DNA of 64,000 nucleotides, taken from contig CBDFLJ010000001.1 of assembly GCA_965248835.1 (NCBI GenBank), positions 2,176,001-2,240,000 of the forward strand. The letters run 5' to 3'. Source of the DNA: Alphaproteobacteria bacterium (GTDB lineage: Bacteria; Pseudomonadota; Alphaproteobacteria; MPNO01). The notes below the pieces were generated by a model. The model did no database searches, was not told the origin of the DNA, and was given only the letters and a program-made list of their open reading frames with translations. Made by a program: the position numbers and the translations under genes. This document shows, piece by piece, positions 33,867-43,300 of the stretch (positions are counted from its first letter, which is position 1; the number at the start of each line of letters is the position of its first letter).

Positions 33867-34583
33867 ATGGACGCCGAGCACATCGTCAAGTCCTACGACG
33901 AGGAGCTCAAGGACCTCAACGACACCATCGCGCGGATGGGCGGGCTGACCGAGGTCCAGATCGCGCGCGCCATCGAGGCCCTGGTCAATCGCGACCCCGA
34001 CCTCGCCAAGCGGGTGGCCGACAGCGACGAAGAGGTCGATGAGCTCAACCACGAGATCGACATCAAGGCGACCCGGATTCTGGCGCTGCGCCAGCCGATG
34101 GCGCTGGACCTGCGCAACGCGGTCGGGGTGCTCAAAATCGCCTCCGATCTGGAGCGCATCGCCGATTACGCGGCCAACATCGCCCGGCGCTCGATCGCAT
34201 TGTCCGAGGTCGCTCCGGTGCGGCCGGCCCATTCCATCCCCCGCATGGGCCGGCTCGTCCAGCAGATGATCAAGGACGTGCTCGACGCCTATATCGAGCG
34301 CAACGCCGACAAGGCGATGGTGGTGTGGACCTCCGACCGCGAGGTCGACGAGATGTACACCTCGCTGTTCCGCGAGCTCCTGACCTACATGATGGAAGAC
34401 CCGCGCAGCATCACGCCCTGCACCCACCTTCTGTTCATCGCCAAGCACATCGAGCGCATGGGCGATCACGTCACCAACGTCGCCGAGACAATCCATTTTC
34501 TGGTCCACGGCACGCGCATGCGCGCCGCGCGCCCGCGCGGCAGGACCAGGGACCACGAGATCCACCATGACGAGCGCTGCTGA
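33867..34583 (+). CDS. phoU: Phosphate signalling protein
   Basis: HIVKSYDEEL, RQPMALDLR, DLERIAD, IERMGDHVTNVAE. Confidence 0.95.
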   Translation: MDAEHIVKSYDEELKDLNDTIARMGGLTEVQIARAIEALVNRDPDLAKRVADSDEEVDELNHEIDIKATRILALRQPMALDLRNAVGVLKIASDLERIADYAANIARRSIALSEVAPVRPAHSIPRMGRLVQQMIKDVLDAYIERNADKAMVVWTSDREVDEMYTSLFRELLTYMMEDPRSITPCTHLLFIAKHIERMGDHVTNVAETIHFLVHGTRMRAARPRGRTRDHEIHHDERC

Positions 34584-34601
34584 ACCGGCAATTGAGGCCC
34601 C

Positions 34602-35306
34602 ATGAAACCGGTCATCCTTCTGGTCGATGACGAGGCCGCTCTGGTCTCGCTGTTGAGCTACAACCTCGAGCGCGCCGGCTTCGACGTGCTCAGCGCGCCC
34701 GACGGCGAAGAGGCCCTGATGGTCCTCGCCGAGCGTCAGGTCGACCTGGTGCTGCTCGACTGGATGATGCCCTATATGAGCGGCATCGAGGTCTGCCGCC
34801 AGCTCCGGCGCCGACCCGCCACGCGGAATATCCCGATCATCATCCTGACCGCCCGCGCCGATGAGACCGACCGGGTGCGCGGGCTGAACACCGGGGCGGA
34901 CGACTATGTCTCCAAGCCGTTTTCGACCGAGGAGCTGATCGCGCGCATCCATGCCGTGTTGCGGCGCGTCCGCCCGGCGCTGGCCGACGAGCGCCTGGAC
35001 TATGGCGGGATCGAGATGGATCTCACCGCCCACCGGGTGACCCGGCACGGCCGCGGCGTCCGGCTCGGCCCGACCGAGTTCCGCCTGCTACGCTACTTCA
35101 TGGAGCATCCCGGCCGGGTGTTCTCGCGCAACCAGCTCATCGATGTCGTCTGGGGCCACGACATCTATGTCGACAGCCGGACAGTCGACGTCCATATCCG
35201 ACGGCTGAGAAAGGCGCTCAACGAAGACGGCGAGGACGATCTGATCCGAACCGTGCGCTCGGCCGGCTACGCACTCGAAGCACCCAACGCCGCGCGCGCC
35301 GTCTGA
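34602..35306 (+). CDS. phoB: Phosphate regulon response regulator
   Basis: LLDWMMP receiver, LGPTEFRLL, RTVDVHIRRLRK; follows phoU. Confidence 0.95.
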   Translation: MKPVILLVDDEAALVSLLSYNLERAGFDVLSAPDGEEALMVLAERQVDLVLLDWMMPYMSGIEVCRQLRRRPATRNIPIIILTARADETDRVRGLNTGADDYVSKPFSTEELIARIHAVLRRVRPALADERLDYGGIEMDLTAHRVTRHGRGVRLGPTEFRLLRYFMEHPGRVFSRNQLIDVVWGHDIYVDSRTVDVHIRRLRKALNEDGEDDLIRTVRSAGYALEAPNAARAV

Positions 35307-35337
35307 CCGGTCGCCGGACGGCTTGCTTACCGCCCGG

Positions 35338-35649
35338 CTACTCCGGCAGCGGTGGGACCGCGTACATTTGTGCCTGGGCGATCAGGACGCCGACATCGAC
35401 CTGGGCGCGCAGATCGGGCTCCCGTCCATTCAAGGCGCAATATTTCCGGAGCACGGAGTCGAAGGCTTGATCGAACCTGCCGGTGTCGCGATAGGTCCGC
35501 TCATAGATGCCCTTGAGGATCCGGAAATCGTCCGAACGGATCTCCAGGCTTCCACCGCCCCGTCGCTTGCCGAGGAACAGCGGTCCGTGCGGCGCGGTGA
35601 AGAATGCCTCGCGTGCCGGCGCGGCCGTGTCTGCGCGTTCATACCCCAT
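35338..35649 (-). CDS. Hypothetical protein (103 aa)
   Basis: ATG preceded by GGAGAA; fills gap downstream of aquaporin; no family recognised. Confidence 0.5.
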   Translation of the reverse strand: MGYERADTAAPAREAFFTAPHGPLFLGKRRGGGSLEIRSDDFRILKGIYERTYRDTGRFDQAFDSVLRKYCALNGREPDLRAQVDVGVLIAQAQMYAVPPLPE

Positions 35650-35703
35650 GGCCGTTCTCCGTGCCTTCGAGCCCGCCTTTGCCGTAAAGACGCACCGGGT
35701 CGG

Positions 35704-36435
35704 TCAAGCCGCTGGCGGGCGAGACCGGGGCGATCGCGCCGCGGTCGCGGACCCCTCGGTCCCGGACTCCCGTGCCGGCTTGGTCAGCCAGCCGAAGACC
35801 ACCGTGGCAACGATCGCGCCCAACAACTCCGCGGCGATAAAGGCCGGCGTGTCGACCGGCCGGATCCCCGAGAAGCTATCGGTGAACATCCGGGCGATCG
35901 CGACCGCCGGGTTGGCGAACGACGTCGAGGAGGTGAACCAATAGCCGGCCGAGATGAACAGCCCCACCGCGTAAGGCACCGCCGCGGGCCGCGCGCGCAG
36001 ACACCCGAGGATCGTTGCGACGAGCCCGAAGGCGGCAACGAATTCGGCGAGCCATTGGCCGGCACCGGTTCGCACGTTGGTGGAGGCGGCAAGCGGCGCA
36101 AGGTCGAACATCAGGTGCGCGATCACCACCCCGCACACCCCGCCGACGAGTTGTGCAAGCACATACAAGCCGGCGTCTCTTTGGCTCAGTGCGCGTTTCA
36201 GCGTGAAGGCGAGCGTGACCGCCGGGTTGAAATGGGCACCCGAAATGTCGCCGAAGACCAGGATGAGAACGATCAGGATCGCGCCGGTCGCCAGCGTGTT
36301 GGCCAGCAGCGCGATCGCGGCGTTCCCATCGGCCAGCCGCTCGCCCATGATCCCCGATCCGACCACGGTCGCGACCAGGAATGCGGTGCCGAGCCACTTG
36401 GCGAACAGGCGGGCCGGCAGGGAGAACCGTGCCAT
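35704..36435 (-). CDS. MIP/aquaglyceroporin of arsenic-resistance type (AqpS-like)
   Basis: SGAHFNPAVT and WFTSSTSFANPAV; directly after arsC. Confidence 0.88.
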   Translation of the reverse strand: MARFSLPARLFAKWLGTAFLVATVVGSGIMGERLADGNAAIALLANTLATGAILIVLILVFGDISGAHFNPAVTLAFTLKRALSQRDAGLYVLAQLVGGVCGVVIAHLMFDLAPLAASTNVRTGAGQWLAEFVAAFGLVATILGCLRARPAAVPYAVGLFISAGYWFTSSTSFANPAVAIARMFTDSFSGIRPVDTPAFIAAELLGAIVATVVFGWLTKPARESGTEGSATAARSPRSRPPAA

Positions 36436-36441
36436 GAGGGT

Positions 36442-36951
36442 CTAGACGCGCACGGGCGGTTTCTGACCGATCTCGTCGAGGCGCTTCTGCAGGCTCAGCC
36501 TGTCCAGCGATTCCATCGGGAGATTGACGAAAATATCGATCCGATTGCCGATCTGGCGGTAGATGTCCGAGAAGTGGGCCGAGGTCCCGGCTTCGGTCCC
36601 AACGAAGGAAGCGGGATCGGGGAACCCCCAATGGGCGGTCATCGGCTGGCCCGGCCATACCGGGCAGACCTCGCCCGCGGCGCCGTCGCAGACCGTGATC
36701 ACGAAGTCGAGCGGCGGCGAGGCCGCGGTTGCGAATTCCTCCCAGCTCTTCGAGCGCAGGTTCCCGGTGGGGTGGTTGAGCCGGCGCAGCAGCTCGAGCG
36801 TGTGCCGGTTGATCGCGCCGGTCGGGCGGCTGCCGGCGCTGTAGGCCTTGAAGCGGCCGCCGCCCAGCCGATCGAGGATCGCCTCGGCCATCACGCTGCG
36901 CGCCGAATTCCCGGTACACAGGAACAGCACGTTATGGATCTTGCTCGCCAC
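36442..36951 (-). CDS. arsC: Arsenate reductase, LMW-PTP/thioredoxin type
   Basis: NVLFLCTGNSARS, VITVCD, EVCPVWPGQPMTAHWG; GTG start with GGGGA SD. Confidence 0.9.
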   Translation of the reverse strand: MASKIHNVLFLCTGNSARSVMAEAILDRLGGGRFKAYSAGSRPTGAINRHTLELLRRLNHPTGNLRSKSWEEFATAASPPLDFVITVCDGAAGEVCPVWPGQPMTAHWGFPDPASFVGTEAGTSAHFSDIYRQIGNRIDIFVNLPMESLDRLSLQKRLDEIGQKPPVRV

Positions 36952-37056
36952 GACCGCCGCATTCCCCTGTTGACCCGTCCGGATACATCGCTGGCCGAAG
37001 CTTGTCCTCCCTTTGTCCGGCGAGCGAGGGTGTTCGCCTGAATCAACCATGTCATT

Positions 37057-37074
37057 GTTACAGCCAGATGACGG
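37057..37074 (-). promoter_or_regulatory. Putative Pho box upstream of arsC
   Basis: Minus strand CCGTCAT-CTGG-CTGTAAC, one mismatch per half-site vs CTGTCAY-N4-CTGTCAY. Confidence 0.55.
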
Positions 37075-37291
37075 CGCTTTGGCATTCCCGGGACCGGGCG
37101 GCATTGCCGCGCCGATGCCGGTCTCGGACCGGCGCAGCAGGCGGCGGCGCGGCGAATGCATCTTCGAGGGATTCGGGTGCGGATTTCGCGCGCCGAAGAC
37201 TATGCCGGAACGCTTGCGCGCTTGTTAGGCGTCGCAATCAGCGGCGGCCACGCTATGACATCTTGCAGCAGGTTCCGTGACCTCGGCAGCA

Positions 37292-37378
37292 TGGTGCGGG
37301 CGGTGAGACTCGAACTCACACCTCCTTGCGGAGAACGGCTTTTGAGGCCGCCGCGTCTACCGATTCCGCCACGCCCGC
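37292..37378 (-). tRNA. tRNA-Leu (CAA)
   Basis: GCGGGCG acceptor stem, CT-CAA-AA loop, long variable arm, GTTCGAG T-loop, encoded CCA. Confidence 0.97.
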
Positions 37379-37405
37379 TTCAAGGCATCAGGATGCGTAA
37401 GGCAT

Positions 37406-37434
37406 TGTGTAAGGCTGCCCCGACGCGGTGTCAA
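37406..37434 (-). promoter_or_regulatory. Sigma70-like promoter of tRNA-Leu
   Basis: TTGACA (37434-37429), 17 nt, TACACA. Confidence 0.5.
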
Positions 37435-37494
37435 ACGCCAACATGTTCATATATTTGTCTTTTCCCGTGTCCGTTTGAACAGATTTTCGGGGTT

Positions 37495-37731
37495 GTGTGA
37501 CCTTGAGTGGTACAGGAGCTGCGGTAACCGGCTTGTCGCCGCCAGACTCTCGGCAGGCGCGGCGACAAGCCGGTTACCCACAGCTACCAGAGGCTCCAAC
37601 AACTCTTACACCACGCTGGCGCACCTTCGGTGCTAACCCGTTGAGGTAGGGTCGTTTTTCTCTCCCGTCGAAGCCGGCCAGGAACGGATTCTGCAACTGT
37701 CTGTTCCCCGGCTGCAACCGAAACCGGGAGA
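37495..37731 (+). ncRNA. Putative structured leader (RNA or ssDNA) upstream of tandem integrases
   Basis: Perfect 20-bp IR 37523-37542/37559-37578 with outer stems; long hairpin 37661-37731 covering the SD. Confidence 0.5.
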
Positions 37732-37736
37732 CATAG

Positions 37737-38858
37737 ATGCCCCACCTTACCCTCACCGAGGCCCGCGTCAGGGCGCTCACGCGCCGCAAGGCCGCCTACG
37801 ACATCCGCGACGGCCAGCTCAGGGGCTTCGGCGTCCGGGTGCTGCACTCGGGTCGGAAACGTTTCTTCGTCCACTGCCAGCATCGCGGAGAACGCGTCTG
37901 GAAGATCATTGGCGACGCCGGGACCATAACCGTGACAGAGGCGCGATCCCGTGCCGCCGAAATGCTTGCAGCAATCCGGCGGGGCGAGGACGCACCCTGC
38001 CGGCCCGACGAAACGCTCTTCGAGGCCGTCGCCGAGACCGTGTTCGAGCGCTACGCGCGGGTCTGGAAGGCCGGGACGCTTTATGTCAACCGGAGCTATC
38101 TCCGCAATCAGCTCCTGCCGCGCTTCGCGGGGCGCGCCATCGCCGATATCGACCCTGAGGACGTCCGCAAGTGGTTCGCCTCCCTGCGCGCGACGCCGGT
38201 CGCGGCCGACAGGTCCATGCCGGTTCTGTCCGTCATCATGAGAGAAGCGGAACGGATGGGCCTTCGCCCGGAGGGGTCCAACCCCTGCCGGGGCATCCGG
38301 CGCTATCGCCGGAAGGGGCGCGAGCGCTTCCTGTCGGACGACGAGATCCGCCGGGTCTCCGCCAGGCTGTCGGCGCATCAGCCTGCACAACCGCAACAGG
38401 TCGCCGCCATCCGGCTCCTTCTCCTGACGGGGTGCCGCAAGAGCGAAATCCTGACCCTGCGCTGGTCCGATTACCGCGAGGGACATCTCTTCCTGCGCGA
38501 TAGCAAGACCGGACCCCGAACCGTCTGGCTGTCGCAGCCGGCCAGGCGCATCCTCGACATGCTGGGGCGGACGAGCCCATGGGTCTTTCCGGCGTCGCGA
38601 ACGAACCGCCCCCGGAGCACGCAGTGGCTGCACAACTTCTGGCGCCGTCTCCGTAGGGAGACGGAGCTGTGCGATGTGCGTCTTCACGATTTGCGCCATA
38701 CCCATGCGAGCCTTGCACTGAGACAGGGCGAAACCGTCCTGGCGATCGGCAGGCTGCTCGGTCACCGGAATCCGGAGACGACGCTCAAATACACGCATCT
38801 GGCCGACACAATGGTTCGCGAAGCTGCCGAGACGGTCGGCGCCGTGCTGGAGGGCTGA
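37737..38858 (+). CDS. Tyrosine recombinase/integrase 1 with N-terminal arm-binding domain
   Basis: DGQLRGFGVRV..SGRKRF arm domain; TGCRKSEI, DSKTG, LHDLRH, LLGH, TLKYTHL. Confidence 0.93.
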   Translation: MPHLTLTEARVRALTRRKAAYDIRDGQLRGFGVRVLHSGRKRFFVHCQHRGERVWKIIGDAGTITVTEARSRAAEMLAAIRRGEDAPCRPDETLFEAVAETVFERYARVWKAGTLYVNRSYLRNQLLPRFAGRAIADIDPEDVRKWFASLRATPVAADRSMPVLSVIMREAERMGLRPEGSNPCRGIRRYRRKGRERFLSDDEIRRVSARLSAHQPAQPQQVAAIRLLLLTGCRKSEILTLRWSDYREGHLFLRDSKTGPRTVWLSQPARRILDMLGRTSPWVFPASRTNRPRSTQWLHNFWRRLRRETELCDVRLHDLRHTHASLALRQGETVLAIGRLLGHRNPETTLKYTHLADTMVREAAETVGAVLEG

Positions 38859-38861
38859 GGC

Positions 38862-40010
38862 ATGGCAAGCAAGGAACGCATGCGGCTTAGCGACGCCGCC
38901 GTCGCCCGCCATCGCCCCCGCGAGCGGGAATATACGGTCTGGGACACGCGCATTGCCGGTCTCGGCGTCCGGGTTCGACCGTCCGGTGGGCGGAGTTGGA
39001 TATTCCTGCACAAGACCGGCGGTGGGACTCGCAGGATATTCCTCGGTCAGGCGGAGCTGAAGACAGTCGAGGAGGTTCGCCGCGAGTGCCATGCGCTCGC
39101 GGCGGAACTCGGGAGCGAGGACAAGCCGGACAAGATCCGCCATGCTGTCCCGTCGTTCCGGGACTTCGTCGCCGGCACATGGAAAGAGGCCCATTGCGAC
39201 CGCTACAAGCCGTCAACCCAAAGGGGCGTGCGATCCATCCTTGCCGGGCAACTGCTGCCCGCCTTCGGATCGAAACCGCTGGACCGCATATCCCCGACAC
39301 AGGTCAGGCGCTGGTTCGACATATACAGCCGAACCGCCCCGGGCGGCGCCAACCGTGCTCTCGACCTTCTCCGGCAGATCATGAACGTCGCGGTTGCCTG
39401 CAGCCATATCGACACCAACCCGGCGCGCGGCGTCAAAAGGAACCGGCGCGCGGCGCTCACGCGGTTCCTGTCGCGCGAGGAGATCGCCCGCCTGCACCGG
39501 GTGCTGGACAGGCAAACCCGAAAGAGCAGCCGGCAGCAGGCCGACGTCATCCGTCTCCTGCTTCTGACCGGGTGCCGCAAGGGCGAAATCCTCCGCCTGC
39601 GCTGGTCCGCGGTCCAAGACGACATCCTTGTGTTGGCGGACAGCAAAACCGGGCCGAGAACGGTTCCTCTCAATACACAGGCCCGGCGCATCCTCGAACG
39701 CCAGCCGCGAGGCGCGAGCTCTTTCGTGTTTCCATCGCCGCGTGACCTGGCCCGGCCACGTGGTCCCAACCTCCCGCTCTGGTATCCGGTCCGGCGGGAA
39801 GCCGGCATCGAGGATGTTCGCCTTCACGACCTGCGCCATACCCATGCGAGCCACGCGGTGATGAACGGCGTGCCGGTGCCGGTCGTCTCGCGCCTGCTCG
39901 GTCACAGCAATGTGCGTATGACGCTGCGCTACGCCCATCTTGGGGACCGGGAAATCGAGGCGGCGGCCGAGAGGGTCGGGCAATCCATCGCCGCCATCAT
40001 GGGCATTTGA
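38862..40010 (+). CDS. Tyrosine recombinase/integrase 2, paralogue of integrase 1
   Basis: WDTRIAGLGVRVRPSG; TGCRKGEI, DSKTG, LHDLRH, LLGH, TLRYAHL. Confidence 0.93.
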   Translation: MASKERMRLSDAAVARHRPREREYTVWDTRIAGLGVRVRPSGGRSWIFLHKTGGGTRRIFLGQAELKTVEEVRRECHALAAELGSEDKPDKIRHAVPSFRDFVAGTWKEAHCDRYKPSTQRGVRSILAGQLLPAFGSKPLDRISPTQVRRWFDIYSRTAPGGANRALDLLRQIMNVAVACSHIDTNPARGVKRNRRAALTRFLSREEIARLHRVLDRQTRKSSRQQADVIRLLLLTGCRKGEILRLRWSAVQDDILVLADSKTGPRTVPLNTQARRILERQPRGASSFVFPSPRDLARPRGPNLPLWYPVRREAGIEDVRLHDLRHTHASHAVMNGVPVPVVSRLLGHSNVRMTLRYAHLGDREIEAAAERVGQSIAAIMGI

Positions 40011-40111
40011 CCGTGCGGTTGCCGGTGTCGATCCAAGCGGTTCCGCGAACCGTTGTGACCAATTGCAAGATGATTGATCGTTTGGTTAGCAGCCTCCGTT
40101 TAACACTCTGC

Positions 40112-40156
40112 CTCATAACCTGAAGGTCGTTGGTTCAAATCCAACCCCCGCAACCA
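40112..40156 (+). mobile_element. att core: 3' half of initiator tRNA-Met
   Basis: CTCATAACCTGAAGGTCGTTGGTTCAAATCCAACCCCCGCAACCA from anticodon loop to CCA; no 5' half upstream. Confidence 0.88.
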
Positions 40157-40159
40157 AAT

Positions 40160-40193
40160 AAAGCCCGTAACTTCAAATAGTTACGGGCTTTTT
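40160..40193 (+). terminator. Intrinsic terminator after the att core, probably bidirectional
   Basis: AAAGCCCGTAACT-TCAAAT-AGTTACGGGCTTT-TT. Confidence 0.8.
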
Positions 40194-40221
40194 CGTTTTG
40201 GCGCGCCAGCGCAATTTATGT

Positions 40222-40253
40222 CCGGGGGAGCACCGGGGGAGCAAGCGGGAGCA
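40222..40253 (+). repeat. Tandem 11-bp repeats, putative integrase arm-type sites
   Basis: CCGGGGGAGCA x2 plus AGCGGGAGCA, 65 bp from the att core. Confidence 0.6.
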
Positions 40254-40342
40254 TAATCCTGCACGTTTCTGCGCGACACCGCGCACGCCGCCCCGACTGA
40301 GATCGCGACGTTGGCGGCTTACCCGCCGACCTTGGCCAACGT

Positions 40343-43300
40343 TCAGAACCGCATCTGGCCGCGCAGCATCACAGCGTGATCCGCGGCGGCATCGTTGGCC
40401 GGCTCGCGCCGCGCGCCCTCGAAGCTCAGGTCGAACGCGGGCGCGATCTCGAAGCGAATACCGATCCGGTAACGTCGCGACCCTTCGTCCGCCAGCGCGA
40501 ACCCGCCATAGGGTGTCAGCAGCCCCTGGCCGCCGAGCGCGCCGAAGCCATAGCCGAGCTCGCCGTCCAGCCGCATCTGCGGGACGTTGTCATTGGCCGT
40601 CCCATCGTCGCTCGCCAGTTCGGCGACGTCCTGGTCCCACAGACGATCCACCCCGCTCGCCGTCTCGCCCCAGGCCGGGAAGAGGCTGAACGACAGTCCC
40701 CGCCCTTCGGCGCCCGGGTCGAGGCGGAGCGAGCCGCCGAGGCCCCATTCCCGGTAATCGCTCTGCCCCGCCAGCACCCGGCCGTTGCCCTCGATCGTCA
40801 GGCCCGAAGCCGGGTCGCGATAACGCAAGCTGCCGCCGATCTCGATGCCGGTGCCGGTGATCCCGTCGCCCCCGTCATGGCGCAGACCCAGCTCCAGGGA
40901 CGGCGTCAGGGACCCGCCCGAGGCCAGCGCCTGCTCGTGGCTGCCCTCCAGCGCCAGCCGCAGACGGTTGGCGTTCACCGTCTGCTGCGCGATCAGGCCG
41001 TCGTCGCCCTCGCCCTCGACCTCGACCTGCGCCCACGAGGCCTCGCCCTTGAGCATGAGCGTCGTCGTGCCGCCCGCGATCGGCGACTCATCGGTCATCA
41101 AGGGACCGCTCGCGCCCGCCGCCGCCGTCTTGAGCGTCGTGTCGCTGCGCCTTACCGGGTAGTCGGGGTCGCCATCGCGCACCTGCGCGTCCTCGATCTC
41201 GATATCGCCCCACCCATAGCCCACCGTCGCCCAGAGACCGAGACCCTGTGGCGAGGTCCAGCCCAGATAGGGATGAACGCTGGTCATCCGGCTCTGATAG
41301 TCGCCGCGCACCGGCGACGATCCGGTACCGTCGCTATAGTCGAATTCGCCGATCGAGCGCGACAGCGCGAGCCCGGTCAGGAGATCGTCGCGCAGGCATC
41401 CGTCGATGCCGATCTGGCCGGTCAGCACCGTGCCGTCCCAGGCGAAGGCGGACTCCGTGCTCTCCAGCACCTGCCGCTCGCCCCGGCCCCACACCACCGG
41501 CCCGCCGGCGCCGGGTGCCATGCCGTCGTTCACCGCCGCGAGCGGCAGCCGGAAGGACGAGCCAGCCAGCACGTCGTCGAGGGTGAGCGTACCGTCCTCG
41601 ATCGCCGGCGCGTTGGATCGCAGCGCGCCGGCGATGGTCGACCCGCCGGCCAGCGTGTAGGCGGCCGCCTGTTTGCCGCACGCCTCGTCCATGCGCGCAC
41701 CGATCGCCCGGTTGGTCACATCGGCGAGGGTCAGCGCGTGCTTGGAGAGAATCTCGTCGTTCAGGCGCCGGAAGCGCGCCTGGACCACGGCGCCTTCAGC
41801 GTCGATGATGGTCAGCGTGGCCGCGGCCGGCGCGCCTTTCGCCACGTCCGTGGGCAGGTCACCGAAGCCCAGCGCCACCCTCACGTCATGGAAATTGTCG
41901 TCTTGTTGGGCCTGTCCCGTGGCCTCGATGGTGAAGCTCCTGGTGGTGTCGCCCATCTCCTCGAATTTGAGCGTGACGGTCCCGGTCGCAGGATCCAAGA
42001 CATCCGGATCCGTAACCGTAACCGTATAGTCGGCCGCCACGGTCCGGCCCAGTGGGGTCACCGTGATCGGGATCTCCAGCGCGTCGGCCGCTTGCTTGCT
42101 CAGCTTCACCGTCACCCTGACCGGATCGCCGCCCTCTTCGACCGCATAGGCCGCGGCGCCGAAGCGCACCGAATACACCCGCACCACGCTAATGGCCATG
42201 GCGTACGCCACGCTGTCGCTCTCGCCGTCACTGACCTTGAACCCGAACGTCGCGATAGGATCGCCGTGCGCGTTCTCCGGCGGAGTGTAGAGGAGGTTGC
42301 CCGCTTCGAGGTCGGCCGGCGTCACCTGCGGGGGTGGGGTGACGCTGGTGATGGCCGCGCCGTTAAGCGACAGCGTCCCCCGGTCATTCCCCTCGTCATC
42401 CACGGGCGGCGAGGCGATCGTCACGTGGTGCAGTGTGTTCTCTTCGATGTCCGAATAGTCGAAGTCTTTCATCGTAAAGCGGTACGATTCGTTATCGTTC
42501 ATAGACACCTTCCCGTTGTAACCCGTGGGGGGGTTGTTGAACGGCGTGGCGTTGGCGGCGGATGCGTCGCCCTCGCCGGCATCGTTCATCGCGCGCACTG
42601 CCAACGTGTACTCGGTGCCGTTTTCCAGGCTGGGAACGGTGTATCCGGTGGCATTGGTCTGGCCATGGGCGCTGTTGGGGATGTTGGTGAAGCTATCGTC
42701 ACCGTTGATGCTGACCTGGTAGCCGGTGATGGTGCTGTCGTTCGGATCGGCCCACTCAAGCTCGACCTGGCGGTAACCCGGCCCGACCGAGGAAATCTCC
42801 GGGGCGGCCGGCGGCGCAATCGGCCTGGCGGTCACGGTGGATGCCGGGCCGTTACCGGGATCGTTTACCGCGCGCACCGCAAAGGTGTACTCGGTGCCGT
42901 TGGTCAGGCCGGTCACGATGTATCCGGTGGGGGGCGCATTGGGGTCGGTTACGGGGATGTTCGCCCAGTCAGTGTAGGTATTGTCGTCGCTGTTCCTCAC
43001 CTTCGAGCGGACCTGGTACTTGGTGATCGATCTGTCGCTCGGATCGTTCCATGCAAGCACCACCTGGCCGTCGCCCGGCGTGGCCGAGGAAATCGTCGGG
43101 GCGTCCGGCACCGCAATCGGTGTGGTCCCCACGCTGGAGGCTTTGCCGTCACCGGAAGCGTTCACCGCGCGCAGCTCAAACCCGTACGCGCTGCCGTTAG
43201 TCAGGCCGGTCACGGTGTAGGTGGTGGTGGTCGCACTGCTGCCGCCGATGTCGCTCCAGTCGCCGAAATCGGCGCCGCTCACCCTCTGCCGGTACTGATA

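Noticed and set aside
37292-37378. tRNA-Leu as the integration site of the island
   Set aside because: Its 3' end faces the core genes and no duplicated 3' fragment was seen in the window
37445-37459. LexA box near the integrase leader
   Set aside because: GTTC-N7-TGTC has two mismatches in the second half-site
37523-37578. Link between the GGTAACC/GGTTACC in the integrase hairpin and the cos-proximal array
   Set aside because: Only a 7-bp match without the CAC flank; chance is sufficient
37737-40010. Integron integrase or XerCD
   Set aside because: Both carry arm-binding N-terminal domains, no IntI-specific insertion was recognised, and no cassette array follows
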